Shown: positions 21,661 through 33,395 of the stretch, one piece after another
Layout: every line of letters starts with the position of its first letter
Position numbering within the stretch: the first letter of the stretch is position 1
Assembly: GCA_002256025.1 (NCBI GenBank)
Contig: NKIB01015187.1
Coordinates: forward strand, 1-37,801
Origin: Asterionella formosa
Lineage: Eukaryota
Direction of reading: 5' to 3'
DNA: 37,801 nucleotides
The notes under the pieces: model-generated
The model's database searches: none
The model's input: only the letters and a program-made list of their open reading frames with translations
What the model was told of the DNA's origin: nothing
Position numbers and translations under genes: made by a program

Positions 21661-24600
21661 TTACTTGCTTGTCAGTGGTCGATACCCCTTCCAATGCTCT
21701 GGGGGTACCCTGCCTTCTGATTCCATGTATGCAATCAGCCGGCGACATGGGCCATCACCAGTTTCGTTTCGGAGCTCTTCTTCCGCCGCCCTAGCATCTT
21801 CGCCATCCAATACTCTATTCTGTAGCTCATTCAGCTCGTCTTGAATATACCCTTGGTCCATGACGTTTTCAACCATAATTTCATTCGCAGCTTCCAGATG
21901 CTTTATAGCCTTGGGCCAATTTCCTTCCAGATACGCATCGCGACCCTTGCTGAATTCAAGCTCAAAATCTTCCGTGACATGCTGTCTCATGGCACGCAAA
22001 TCTTGATCTGAATTCCAGACGTTTGGTGTATAGCGGTCAGAGTCGAGATTAGCTTGCTCCTCAGATCGACTGAACAAAAAGAAGTCCACACCCGTGTGGC
22101 GTGCATCGTAGGTGAAAATCTTCTGCTTTAGACTGGAACCCTTGACTGTAATGGTGTCTAAATGGCGAAGCTTTGACCTTGCCACATCAGACATAAGCTC
22201 TTGGACTGCTTGACTCAACAAAATGGAGACACCATACTGCTTACAGGCACTCATCATGCGAGAAGCCATGTTCACATGAGGAGACAGATAAGTAGCATCA
22301 ATCTTGTATTCACTTCCGACCGCACCTTCAACAGCCCAACCGGCGTCCATGCCGAAAATCATGTTCACGGAAAAAGCACCGACACCAGCTCCAAGACGGA
22401 AATCATTCTTCCAACTCAATAACTTGTTATCTCTGTAAATACCAGCGAATGATTTAAGCATTCCGATAACAGCACGATCTGTAAAGGTCTGAATACCTGG
22501 AAGGGACTGCAGAGAAAGGCTCATAATTGCTCTACTTGAATTGGCTCGCAGTTCCTTATTTCGTCGACCCGACGTCGCAGTCACACTTCGACTCCCTGCA
22601 GGCTTGGAAAACGACGATACAATTTTGTTTTGTTTCTTACTCGGATAGCGATTCCGAGTGCCATTACCCTTCTGAGTGGCCGTATTGGAAAATACAACGT
22701 CAGTAGCTTGCTCCAACTTTCGGATAACCTCCTTGACCAAACCAATTCTGAAGACCATGAGAAAGGCAGCCCCCAAGTTTTTGTTGCATTGGCCGGAATC
22801 ACCAAATCCCCACCTGAACACTTCTCCGTGCAAAACAGCAGCGACATCGTTGATTAGAATCATCACATCTCCCCCGAGCTGTCTCAGTGTGTGGTCAAAT
22901 CCATTTATTGCAGCGAAACCGAAGAGGGCATACACACTCTTTCCGGGAACAGTTGGATTGAACACTTCTGTTAACGCGCCCTCTTGGGTAGCAAGATTTG
23001 TAGAAATTATATAAGCACCGGCGACTCCCCAACATTTGCGTAACAAATCAGTAATTTTGGAGACAGCATTGATCAGTTGTTCAGTTTCATAGTTTCCCAA
23101 CTTGCCCTGCGGAGATTCCTCGTCGGTATCTTCGTCGTCGGAGTTCGAGCCTCCGACTTTTATTTCTGACAGGGGATTCTTCGCATATCGAGCAACGATT
23201 TTCAGCATCCGTCGAAGAGGACCAAGAACAAGTAGGCCGGAATCTCGTCTCAAAATGGAAAGTCCTCCAATAACACAGACAAGAAGCGTGATTTGTAAGA
23301 GAAACGACGAAAGCGCTGCGGGCTGTATTGAATAGGTCTGGTTATATTTCGCTGTGATTGTGAATGCCGTCTCTACCTCGCTGTTCCAGGTTCCAATCGT
23401 TTGATTAACCACCACATGGATAGCCCCAGATCGAATACCAGCCCGCTCTGCTAGCTCCTCTACAGTTGTGTTTACTGAAGTGCCTCTCCATACGTCGCAA
23501 AGCTCGTTAATTTTTTGTATTGCCTCTGGTGACGGAGAATAAACATTGCTGTCATAAAGGCTACAAAATGTGGCGGTCGGGACGCCCTCATAACCCGGCA
23601 CAACCTCAGTACATCGGATTGGATCAATAGACAAGAAAAGAACAAATATGGATGAATTAGCGAGAGCAGCAGGCTTACTTCCAGCAGATACACCAACAAT
23701 CCAGCTATACACTGTATCAAAAAAGAATTTGCATTCATCAATGCCAGTTCCATTGTTGAGCATGAGATTCAGAGCCTGCATTTGATCAACCATCTGATTG
23801 GCGACCACGTTGGCTCCTCCCCAGGTTTGGAGTGTTCCAATTATTGGAAATATGCCCATTATAATACAACTGCGACGAACTGGTGAGCAAATTTCATATC
23901 GAATAATAATTGCGACAGGAGATGACTTACACAATCAATAAGGCACGATGGGAATTGATAACCAATAGCGCTCTTCCAATGTTACTCGCATTAATCAGCG
24001 CATCTTCTTTTTTAGTTTGTCGTTCTACATTCAATGCTTCGGACTTGTGTTTTTTGCCATCAGAGTGACCGACTCTAGCCGGTACAAAAACGCCTGACAA
24101 GAACCGATTCCGCGTTCCCTTCGCTTTTCCGTTTATATTGCTAACGTTGCTGTTATCATTAATCCACATTTTCTTCCAATGACGGACTAATCCAAATAGA
24201 CGCAGCCGAACTATTGCCATATATGCACGACCAAAAAAGGCGTCCTTGCTGGACGGCCCCAAAATCGCCAAAAAAGCTGCATTGAAGAAGGAAAATGGTG
24301 TTCTATCACTGCAGCCATACTGTGGTGAAAATAAGCAGAGAAACTCTGGAACAAAAACTCCCAATGACATGAGTTCAATTGTTAAATGGAAGGCGTTAAT
24401 GTAACGCACTGTTGAAGGCGAGTAAGCCTTTTCGGATATAATCAAACTATGGTAACCATCAGGTCGGATAAAAATTTCAAAAACCAACTCTAAAATCAAG
24501 ATACACCATACGAAACTGAAACAAAAAGGGTTAGTACCAACCTTGACTTTTATAACGGCGCAAATCGTTTAAGGACTGGACGTACAATGATACAATGGCC

Positions 24601-25925
24601 AAGGCAAAGTCGGCCGAGCGCGGTATGAAGGCCAAACGTGCTTGATCAATAAACATATACCACACACTGCAAATCACTAAAAAATTCACAATCGTCAGCC
24701 GCATGCTGCATGAATAAGGTTTCATGCCATTAAGGAAGAGTTGTCCTTGTCGTTTTGTCGCCAACAATGCCAGATTAGCGTGCCTGGAAATTCGTCTACC
24801 CAGCAGTTTCGCTAAATAATCATAAAGCCAGAAGAATGGAGATCCAATTATGGAAATGAAAATCTTGATATTTTCAGAAAACTGTGATGCTCCTCGCAGG
24901 CTAGAACTAGAACCTGAGTTTTTTCCTCGTGCCGAATGAGTACCTCGCTCTGAGGTAATTTGGGGTTCTTCTGTTGCCGCTCGCAGAGCGGCAGCTTCAG
25001 CATGAGCTGTCTTCAGTGGTTCCATCAGCTCTAGGATTCGTATGCTATTAGTATCGATATCTTTAACAAGCGTGCATAAGAATGCCATGACAAAGGCTCG
25101 CTTACCTGTATCAGCGCGTTGATGAACACCTGTATCTGCCCTCGTTACCGTGTAATACTCCGCATCTTCGTCGAAATGAACCTTCTTGACTGTCGCTAGA
25201 ACATACGTATAAGGCCCTCGCGTCTCTTCTGAAGTTAACCCTCCCCCAGCTGGATATCCGTATCGATTGACCAAGTTCGCACCTTTCACCTGTGAGTTCG
25301 TGACCAAGACTGTATCTCCGACGCGATATCGCCTATAAGTGGCTCTTTTCTTATCTGGTTCTGGAGCTTCCTTGGCTAAAGTCTCTGTAGGTGATTCTTT
25401 CGGATTCCCACGCGCAGTTAGTAGCTTCCTTGCAAATTTCTTTGTGTTCGATAGGGATTGGGCAATCGTAGTACGCGAGGAGCCCCGGTCCTGTGACCTG
25501 TTTAAAGTGTTCAATTCCAAAATGTTGCCATCCAATGTCGGTTGAACTCTTCCAAAGGAAAGCATACTGAGCATGGCATTACTTGGTGGTGCCGACACCG
25601 ACCCTATATCTTGGGGCTGTGTCGGGTCAGGAGTGGCAGCATCAACCTGCTGGTGGTGCGACTGAACCTGTTCCCGCGGCAAAGGCGGTTGCTTCGTCAG
25701 TCCTGACGTCAACTTGCTGAATGATATTCTATTGCCTCCCAGCCCTGCATCTGTTATGGCTCGGCGCATAGAGGTAGTCGAAGTCTTGAGTGACACTGGT
25801 TCTCCTATCGCGTCGTCCCGTGGCGACTGCCGATGCAACGATCCTTCGCCTTGCTCATCGCATCCTTCCGACACATGTGACTCACTCTCTAAGGAATCGT
25901 CTTTCTGATTGAATGACATGTTCAA
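21661..25925 (-). CDS. Multi-TM class III adenylate cyclase-like protein (ion-channel-like N-terminal TM region, TPR-like tail); 4 exons (25925-25106, 25030-24586, 24515-23931, 23869-21661), ~1352 aa
   Basis: GT..AG introns of 75, 70 and 61 nt restore one frame (4059 nt). Motifs: GWAVEGAVGSEYKIDATYLSPHVNMASRM, LDTITVKGS, AYLEGNWPKA..DGPC..WKGYRPLTSK, and an Arg-rich TM segment IVRLRLFGLVRHW. Confidence 0.85.
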
Positions 25926-26410
25926 GATAGCGAAGGTTTGTTGTGGTGAGTCAAGCGGAAAGAGATAACATGATAGGCCGGTGGAAAGTACCTGGTATCT
26001 GGTAACTGGTACCTTTGATGTTGAAAAGAAGATGTAGTAATCATATTATGTAGCACACCTGGTACCAGGTTCTGGTATTTTTCATACCGGTATGATATTC
26101 CTTGTACACATGTACCTATGGTACCAGGTACCAGCACGTTGCGGTAATTTAATATCGGATAAAGAAAGCTAAACTTTTAGTTTCAGCAAAATTACCGCAA
26201 CTTGCAGGCACCAAGGTGTACCAGGAATACTACCTGGACCGGTTACCATTACCGGTAGTAGCCAATATCAGGTGCTAAAATCCTCAAGTATATTTACCAT
26301 GTTGCTACACTACCGGTATAATTGTGCCGACATGCATTTTATTTTTTATTTATCGAGGATGAAACCAAATTTCCATTGTCAAGAAGCTTACAGCTGAGCT
26401 ATTATTTGAA
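25926..26410. promoter_or_regulatory. Divergent (head-to-head) intergenic region between the cyclase-like gene and LTN1
   Basis: 485 bp between opposing start codons. It contains a 17-bp inverted repeat and GGTACC-rich runs. Promoter function is inferred from the geometry only. Confidence 0.55.
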
Positions 26411-29400
26411 ATGGGGAAAGAAAAAAGGAAAACCAGGTTGGAGAAGGGAGGTGGTGGAGCTGCGGAGTTCATTGGCTTTTCCGCTTTTGCTGTGCCCTCG
26501 ACGGACTCAAGCTCAGCTGACGGAGGAACAGCGCTCAAGTGGTCCCCAGTTTACACTGGATCTGACGCAACAATTTCCCTTCTATTCAAAAAGATTACCC
26601 AAAAGCGAGATGGCATTACCAAATCCAAAGCGTTGAATGATCTCGAAGATTATTTCAAGAAAGATGATGCGGTTAAGAAAGAACAAGTTGCTGCTCTGTC
26701 GCACCTCATGTTCATGTTTCATTCCAAGCTCGCTTATGATGATTTTGCCACTGTACGAGCAACCGCTTTGATTGCATTGACTGCTGCTTACTTAAGGATA
26801 CCCAAGGCGTGGACAACTCTTGCTATGGAGCAGCATCACGAAATTTGGGGTATGGTATGGTGCGCACAAGGAGACGCTGCAGCAGACGTACAAATAGCTG
26901 CCAGGGCACTATGCTCACACGTCCACAATGGATCCTTTGATGGTATTCATGACTATGTGAGAAGAATATTGAATTATGGACGGCCCAAGGCAATGCATGA
27001 CGATTTGTTTGCCAGAAACAACGAAGTCCTTTCTGACATGGAACGAGAACAACTCGATGAGCGCTATGAACGCATCTCCACGACAGCAATAGAAGGAATG
27101 AACTTGTGGATCCAAAATCACCCCGAAACTGAAATCTTTCGATATAAAATCCATTTCTCTGATTCATTCTTGTTCAAACCCCTGAATTCTTCGAAATCAT
27201 CATTCCGACGCAAGACATATCAACTGATATCAACTATGTGCCAGCATGCCAAGAGTCTAGTTTACAGTCCAGTTGAAAGGTCGGCCTTGTCCAAGATTCT
27301 CCCTCAAGTAGTTTCGCAAGAAAAAGATCCAGCCAATGTTCCAATTTTTATTGAATTTCTTCTACTTTATTTAAGTGGCAACGGCGACGACTTTGCAGTT
27401 ATCATAGACGCCATTTACAAACCGTTGAGCAAGATGCTCAAGCAAGCTTGCTTCGGAGCATCTGCCAACCAATGGGGTCCCAGTATGTTGCCATTGTTCG
27501 TGACAATTAATGATTTGGAAATTGTGTTACCACTGATTGCTTACCTCTGGGAGGGCAGAGAAGCAGCGATTGGGCCGACTGATCAGCTCTCGATAGCTGC
27601 AGCTGTGGCTGAGTCGTCGTCCTTCTTCTTACTTCGGCGTGAGACAGATATTGAAATGGAAGAATCAAAGGCTAAAAAACTTGCAGCATTATGGCTCGAA
27701 GTTCTATTATTTTTCCTTTCGACTTCCCTACATTTTTTCCAAGGAAAGGAAGCCGATAGGCACCTTCAAATCTGCCTGGCTCGAGATTGCTTTCGGTTGG
27801 ACTTAGCCTCCTACAATCGTGACAACTGCGCATTGCATCATATAAAAGATTGGTTTTGGGTTGTGCAAGTTCCTCTCGTCTTCGAAAGCAGCACTACCTC
27901 TGAAAGTCATGTAAGGTTCAACCAATTACTTGAGGGAGTGTCAGCGGAGGAACAAAGGACTGGTAAAAACGGTAAAGATATGACTCGGCTTCATCCTATT
28001 GTTCGAACGAAGTTCCACTCAGTGCTAGCAAGTTATCAGGTGACGTCGGGCAGTGTCCCGAACAACAACACCTATAACTTCCTCATTAAATCTCTTAACT
28101 ATTGTGGCGCTGAGTACATCTTTGAGATCGGTGGTTTCACAAATATCAATCAGTTTTTGATGAACGACTTGCTTCGGTGGATGGTCTTACATACATCCTC
28201 GTTGGTGGATGGATATGATAAGGAAAATATGCAACTTGCTGAGCAAGATGCAACTCTGCTTGCGATTTGCCTTGGTGCAATCACGTCATCGCTCAATCAG
28301 AAATCTTTGTGGGATGCATTCCTTCGAGAAATTACAGCAGCAAAATGCAATTTAGACATTCTTTCCGCTTGTTTGGTAGTCCTTTCAAATGGTTTCATTG
28401 ACCTGATCATGTCCGGAGCACTTGAAGAATATGCAATTCAAGTAGGCGAGGATTCCGCGAGGCAACGCCAAATCTTGATCAACAAAATTGTCGTCAATGC
28501 TTCTGCGGACGTGGAGCCTTTTAAGTCCTCTGCTCCCCAAACAGCCAATTTCCTCCGGTTGTGTGTCGGGTTACATCCATCCGTGCCACAGTGTTTAATT
28601 GGAAAAGGCGCGGTTGAAAAGTGGCTTGAAGTCGCAACATCTGCTGGGGAACGAACAGAAAACTTCAATCCGTCCTCTTCTCTTCCCAACCCTGTCCTCG
28701 AAACGATGATATCCATAGCAACCAAATGCGACATGATGCATAGCAACGACGTTTTGAAGGTAGCAACCGAAGCTTGGAGAGAAGGTAACCTCGTCTGGAA
28801 ACAAACGGGCGAGATTCTCGCCACGAACAGCGAAATCTGTAAGATGCTCATCGCAATTGGGTCAGCGGAGCTTTCAAATGGCCTCAAAATAATCTGTAAA
28901 TCGTTTTCATCACTTGGTCGCGATGAAGTATTAATATGGTCTACTCGGGCGCGTCGATTAATTGATGCTCATTTGACCTTGGGTACAAGCTTCTCTTCCT
29001 TGCAGCTGGTTGGTCTGTCAGACTTCTCACTTTGGCAATCTGTCGCGACCGGCGAGCTCGACGGAAATGCTTTGTTTGCAATTTTGACGAGTTTGCTTGT
29101 GATTCTCGATTCAGATGTAGAGAGGAGGTCACTGATCCTGGAAGCCGATGGCGCCTTCCCTGGACTATTTGTTAATATCTTGCTTGCAATGTCGGACGCC
29201 GGCGTATACTCCTCAATATACGGTTCTAGAAAAAGCGAGGAAAGATGCAATTTCCTCCTTTCCTTTCTTGGTTCCGCTAAAGATATTGGATTCGGTACGA
29301 TCGAGTTATGGTGCACACAGGTTATTGAGAAACTAGCTATTATGATGAAGAGTCCCTGTTGTGACAATGGGTCCCAGAGAAATGTCACGGTCCTCTCAGT

Positions 29401-31669
29401 GCTCCTTTCCATGTTCCTTGAACGAATGACAATCGATGGCGACTTCGGACTTGTAGAACCCACCGAAGTGAAGGAAGGGCAGACACTTTGGTACATCCAA
29501 AACGATGACGAGCGCGTCCGCCAAGAAGTGACTGTTAAGAAAGTCCATAGGGATGATGTCCCCCGGCTTTACTTTACGATCAGCTTTGAATGTGAAAATG
29601 GACTTCAAGAGAAGCAGACAATTCCTGAACGACTAAGAACATCTTCAAGGTTACTCACAAAAGCTTCAATCCCGGCAAATGAGCAGTCTAAACGCTCCAA
29701 ATTTGCTTTCGAAATATTTGAGAAGGTCATCCTACCGTCTTTGACAGTCCCGATGCACATTGAACGAATGTCCATCACTATGGCTGCTGCAGAATGCATG
29801 AACATTGTAATATCAAGATGTGGCATTTTCGGTAAGGGTGGTATCGGTACTTTTAGATACAATGTTTTTCAAATGCTGCAGTCCCTTCAGGAATACGCCA
29901 TCCAAATGCTATCCGCGGGTTGTATCGATGAAACTTGTCTCGCTTTGCAGGCGCTATCGCGTTGTATGGGTCATGGGGGCATCACCCCCTCTCGAGTAAA
30001 TTTCGACTCAACAAGGTTTGACCCTGATAACTCCGTGAAGGCGATCATCGCACTATTAGAAAGCAAGCAGCGCCCACCTAAGCTGGATCGTGCTGTCCTT
30101 GAATGGCTTGTGGTTGCTATCCCTGGGATTGAATACCCAGAACTGCGAAAAGAAGCATTTGCTTTGGAACTCACATGCTCCTCCCGACTACTGAGCAACA
30201 CGCAGTCATTTGAAAGAATGCAATCATTGAATCTGTCAGACTGCTTATTAACCATGAAAGGACAGCTCGATTCGATTCATATGAATTTGGGAGATGCCGA
30301 TTCAGAGGTCGAAACTGTTTTGTGTACTGAGATATTACGATTGTTCTGTGATGAGTGGGTAGTGGATGATGTCAACAAGTGGACTGATCACGATCACAGC
30401 CAAGTACCAATATGGCATGTACCATTCCGTGATTTTGCTACAACCTTCATCGAGAACGGAAGAGATGCGATAGTTAAAGGAGCAAGAAACAATGCAGACA
30501 GCCTTATCTCGGCTCTCACTGAACCAAAGAAGCGTTGGCTCGCATTCATGTTGCTACATAGTGCTGCAGGCATGCAAATTCCTCTCCATGATCGCGATAG
30601 TCTCGAAAATGTTAATGACCTCACATGTGTTCGATTGACTTGCTGGAAGGGAGAGCTGGTTGTCGAAGAGGAAGCCGAAGAAATTGAAGATGATGTTGTC
30701 AGAGTTGCTCAATGGTTGCCACCTTCGCTTATGAACAACGTTGAAACATGGATTGAGTCTGACCTTGATTTTAACTCACCAAGTATCGACTGCACGGTTA
30801 TTGGACGCATGTTGATGTGGTTGACTGTTCTCAAATGTTTGGAATCCGCAGCCACAGCTGATTTAAGAAACCGAGGGGCATTCAGTTCCTATGTCCAAAA
30901 ATGCAATGCCGTTCTTTTTGTACTTGATATGTTGCTCGTGTATCTCCCTATGAATGAGAAGCGGCAATCGAAGCAAAGCTCTGCAATTTCAATGGAAGAT
31001 ATTTTGTTACATGAAGAAAATATTGGCATCGTTAAACTTTCCGCCCTTGCATTGTTTCGAACAGTTGAAGTGTTTCCGACGCTGTCCAAGCATTGGTGGG
31101 AAGAAGATTGTCCGAAGTCTTTGTCGTCAGCTGTCAGTCAGTTTGTTCAGGCCAATGTGGCCCCGGAGACTCTTCGGAGAGAATTGAGACGCATTGGTGC
31201 AGCCACGAATCTAGGCGAAATGGTGGTATCCGGTAGTATTGTTAGCCGAGAAGTGGTTGCTCGGTACACCCAAGATGAATGCCAATTGAGCGTCGCAATC
31301 ACCCTTCCACCAAATTTTCCATTGCGGAATGTCGAAGTCGACGGTAGGAGGACACTTGGAGTCCCCGAGAAGCGTTGGAAACGATGGGCTCTACAAATCC
31401 GTCTCATGCTTAACAGTCAAGATGGAACATTGCTCGATGCTTTGCTGCTCTGGAAAGAGAATGTGGACAAAGAATTTGAAGGCGTTGAACCTTGCCCTGT
31501 TTGCTATTCAGTCTTGTCAGTAAAGACTCATGAGTTGCCTAATTTGCAATGCAAGACCTGTGAGCATCGATTTCACTCGTCGTGCCTTTACAAGTGGTTC
31601 AAGAGCTCTGGAAAGTCTCAATGCGTCTTGTGCCAGCAGCCATGGAGTGGAAGTAAGCTACAGCAATAG
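26411..31669 (+). CDS. LTN1: E3 ubiquitin ligase Listerin/Ltn1 (ribosome quality control), single ORF of 1752 aa
   Basis: N-terminal FIGFSAF and KRDGITKSKAL, a long helical region, an RWD-like ITLPPNFPL segment, and C-terminal WKENVDKEFEGVEPCPVCYSVL..LP..C..C..RFHSSCLYKWFKSSGKSQCVLCQ RING. Confidence 0.96.
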   Translation: MGKEKRKTRLEKGGGGAAEFIGFSAFAVPSTDSSSADGGTALKWSPVYTGSDATISLLFKKITQKRDGITKSKALNDLEDYFKKDDAVKKEQVAALSHLMFMFHSKLAYDDFATVRATALIALTAAYLRIPKAWTTLAMEQHHEIWGMVWCAQGDAAADVQIAARALCSHVHNGSFDGIHDYVRRILNYGRPKAMHDDLFARNNEVLSDMEREQLDERYERISTTAIEGMNLWIQNHPETEIFRYKIHFSDSFLFKPLNSSKSSFRRKTYQLISTMCQHAKSLVYSPVERSALSKILPQVVSQEKDPANVPIFIEFLLLYLSGNGDDFAVIIDAIYKPLSKMLKQACFGASANQWGPSMLPLFVTINDLEIVLPLIAYLWEGREAAIGPTDQLSIAAAVAESSSFFLLRRETDIEMEESKAKKLAALWLEVLLFFLSTSLHFFQGKEADRHLQICLARDCFRLDLASYNRDNCALHHIKDWFWVVQVPLVFESSTTSESHVRFNQLLEGVSAEEQRTGKNGKDMTRLHPIVRTKFHSVLASYQVTSGSVPNNNTYNFLIKSLNYCGAEYIFEIGGFTNINQFLMNDLLRWMVLHTSSLVDGYDKENMQLAEQDATLLAICLGAITSSLNQKSLWDAFLREITAAKCNLDILSACLVVLSNGFIDLIMSGALEEYAIQVGEDSARQRQILINKIVVNASADVEPFKSSAPQTANFLRLCVGLHPSVPQCLIGKGAVEKWLEVATSAGERTENFNPSSSLPNPVLETMISIATKCDMMHSNDVLKVATEAWREGNLVWKQTGEILATNSEICKMLIAIGSAELSNGLKIICKSFSSLGRDEVLIWSTRARRLIDAHLTLGTSFSSLQLVGLSDFSLWQSVATGELDGNALFAILTSLLVILDSDVERRSLILEADGAFPGLFVNILLAMSDAGVYSSIYGSRKSEERCNFLLSFLGSAKDIGFGTIELWCTQVIEKLAIMMKSPCCDNGSQRNVTVLSVLLSMFLERMTIDGDFGLVEPTEVKEGQTLWYIQNDDERVRQEVTVKKVHRDDVPRLYFTISFECENGLQEKQTIPERLRTSSRLLTKASIPANEQSKRSKFAFEIFEKVILPSLTVPMHIERMSITMAAAECMNIVISRCGIFGKGGIGTFRYNVFQMLQSLQEYAIQMLSAGCIDETCLALQALSRCMGHGGITPSRVNFDSTRFDPDNSVKAIIALLESKQRPPKLDRAVLEWLVVAIPGIEYPELRKEAFALELTCSSRLLSNTQSFERMQSLNLSDCLLTMKGQLDSIHMNLGDADSEVETVLCTEILRLFCDEWVVDDVNKWTDHDHSQVPIWHVPFRDFATTFIENGRDAIVKGARNNADSLISALTEPKKRWLAFMLLHSAAGMQIPLHDRDSLENVNDLTCVRLTCWKGELVVEEEAEEIEDDVVRVAQWLPPSLMNNVETWIESDLDFNSPSIDCTVIGRMLMWLTVLKCLESAATADLRNRGAFSSYVQKCNAVLFVLDMLLVYLPMNEKRQSKQSSAISMEDILLHEENIGIVKLSALALFRTVEVFPTLSKHWWEEDCPKSLSSAVSQFVQANVAPETLRRELRRIGAATNLGEMVVSGSIVSREVVARYTQDECQLSVAITLPPNFPLRNVEVDGRRTLGVPEKRWKRWALQIRLMLNSQDGTLLDALLLWKENVDKEFEGVEPCPVCYSVLSVKTHELPNLQCKTCEHRFHSSCLYKWFKSSGKSQCVLCQQPWSGSKLQQ

Positions 31670-32349
31670 GCTGGTATATCGGCCTCGTCTCAACCAATGG
31701 GAAAAGATGTCGCTAGCACAACAGCTTTCAAGAATTCTAGACTATTTTCTGCTTTGGAAACCATTTCCTCTATTTTCTTACTAGCGATAGATACAGAATT
31801 GCGGCCATTTAAGGGTTGACTGGGTGCTTCGCCTTCTTTTTTGTGAAATATCGTATACCTTCCTGATGGAATTTATATGATAAACTTCATAGATTTGAAC
31901 GTCGGAGGCATCTACGACATCAACTAATGTGTCCCGTGGATATTGCTTTTTGTTACCCCGCTAAAAGGTAGGTATCATAGTCCTCAAACATGAAAATATC
32001 TCGGGCAACCATATTTATGATACCCATCGCAATCTCTCCCCTATAATAAGATAAAATAAGATACCGCTATTTCTATATTGCCGGCATATTAAGAATAGTA
32101 CATGCATGATGATGACGAGCAATGATCGATATTTAGAGTGAGACTTCAAGTTATTACCTTTTATTACCTTTGTGTGGTGATCATTAGTTTTATCAAGGAA
32201 ATTGACCGAAGTTCAAAGTAATTGTACTAACCTGCCCAGTATTTATGAAAAGTGAAATTTCAATCAATTCAGCCTCAGCCAACAAGTACAGTGCAGATGA
32301 ATTTTTGGGAGAAATAATTTTTGCCCATCAGTATGACAATTAAGAATGG

Positions 32350-33342
32350 GAATCCATTCCTACATGAAATTGTTTCTATTGCTTTGCCAGATATGATAGG
32401 AGTGCTGGTCAGAATGAGGCCTGCATTTGCTTGCCAATCTAGCCCTTAAACAAGACTGTACTGGTTATTTTCCTACTAGCTATCCACCATGTAATTCTCC
32501 ATCCATTCAAAGGGGAAGTAAAACAAATGGATCCCTACCTTTGAACCTGTTTAGAACTGATTGCCTCCTAGTAGACAGCATAGGGCAGATATTTCCATTT
32601 GGGTTGCTGTTGGCATTTGTTGCAGCAAAAACAACTTTAGGAACAACACTGCCCCTGACCACAATATTTTCCATCATTCATGCAATATCATCCCAGTAGC
32701 ATTCCTTTCAACTTGTATTTGTTGATGAGTACTTCTTACAGATTCTTTGTCAGAACTCATGATTTTACCACACATCATCTTGCAGAATTGTCTAGGCCTT
32801 TCTTTTGCATTTGTTGGATTTTCAGTTCTTAGAGGGAAAACCCACTGATTTTCGGGTTAGTGCATTGGTCCATACACTCTGTCGCAAGACAAATGGCCAA
32901 GGAAAGAAGAAAACAACTGCCTTTTGACGGGGATGCAAACAATGAGAACTTGGTTTGGCGCATCCCTCTCTTCCTTAGCATTTTTGTTCAACTCAGACAC
33001 AGCGTGGTCATCAAAGTGACAAGGAATCTAATATTTGCAGTTAATATTTTTGTTAATTGGAAGCAATTGGCAATTTGGCTGACCACATGGAATTGACAGG
33101 AGGCAAACCGCACAGGTAGGCAGCTGATACCATTGCTGGATTGGATATTTATACTTGAATGAGCATAGAATAATCATCGTATTATTGAAATCTTGCGAAA
33201 TGTGAGACTCTAGGGTTTGCCTTCTTGCTTGTGATGTTTCCCTTTTCTTGTCTTCAGACAAATTCCTTTTTATGGCCTTTTTGATGACGATGTCATTGAC
33301 AGGCACATACCGTTTTGGATTTACATGGTGAGTAAATAACAT
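32350..33342 (-). pseudogene. Decayed coding-like remnant of unknown (probably TE) origin
   Basis: The ORF at 33028-33342 with a Cys cluster (CAVC..PCGQPNC) continues through scattered stops in protein-like sequence. No family recognised and boundaries are approximate. Confidence 0.3.
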
Positions 33343-33395
33343 TCCAAGTGAAAAGACAATTTGGCATAAAATACTACAATTCTATTTGTAGAAAA

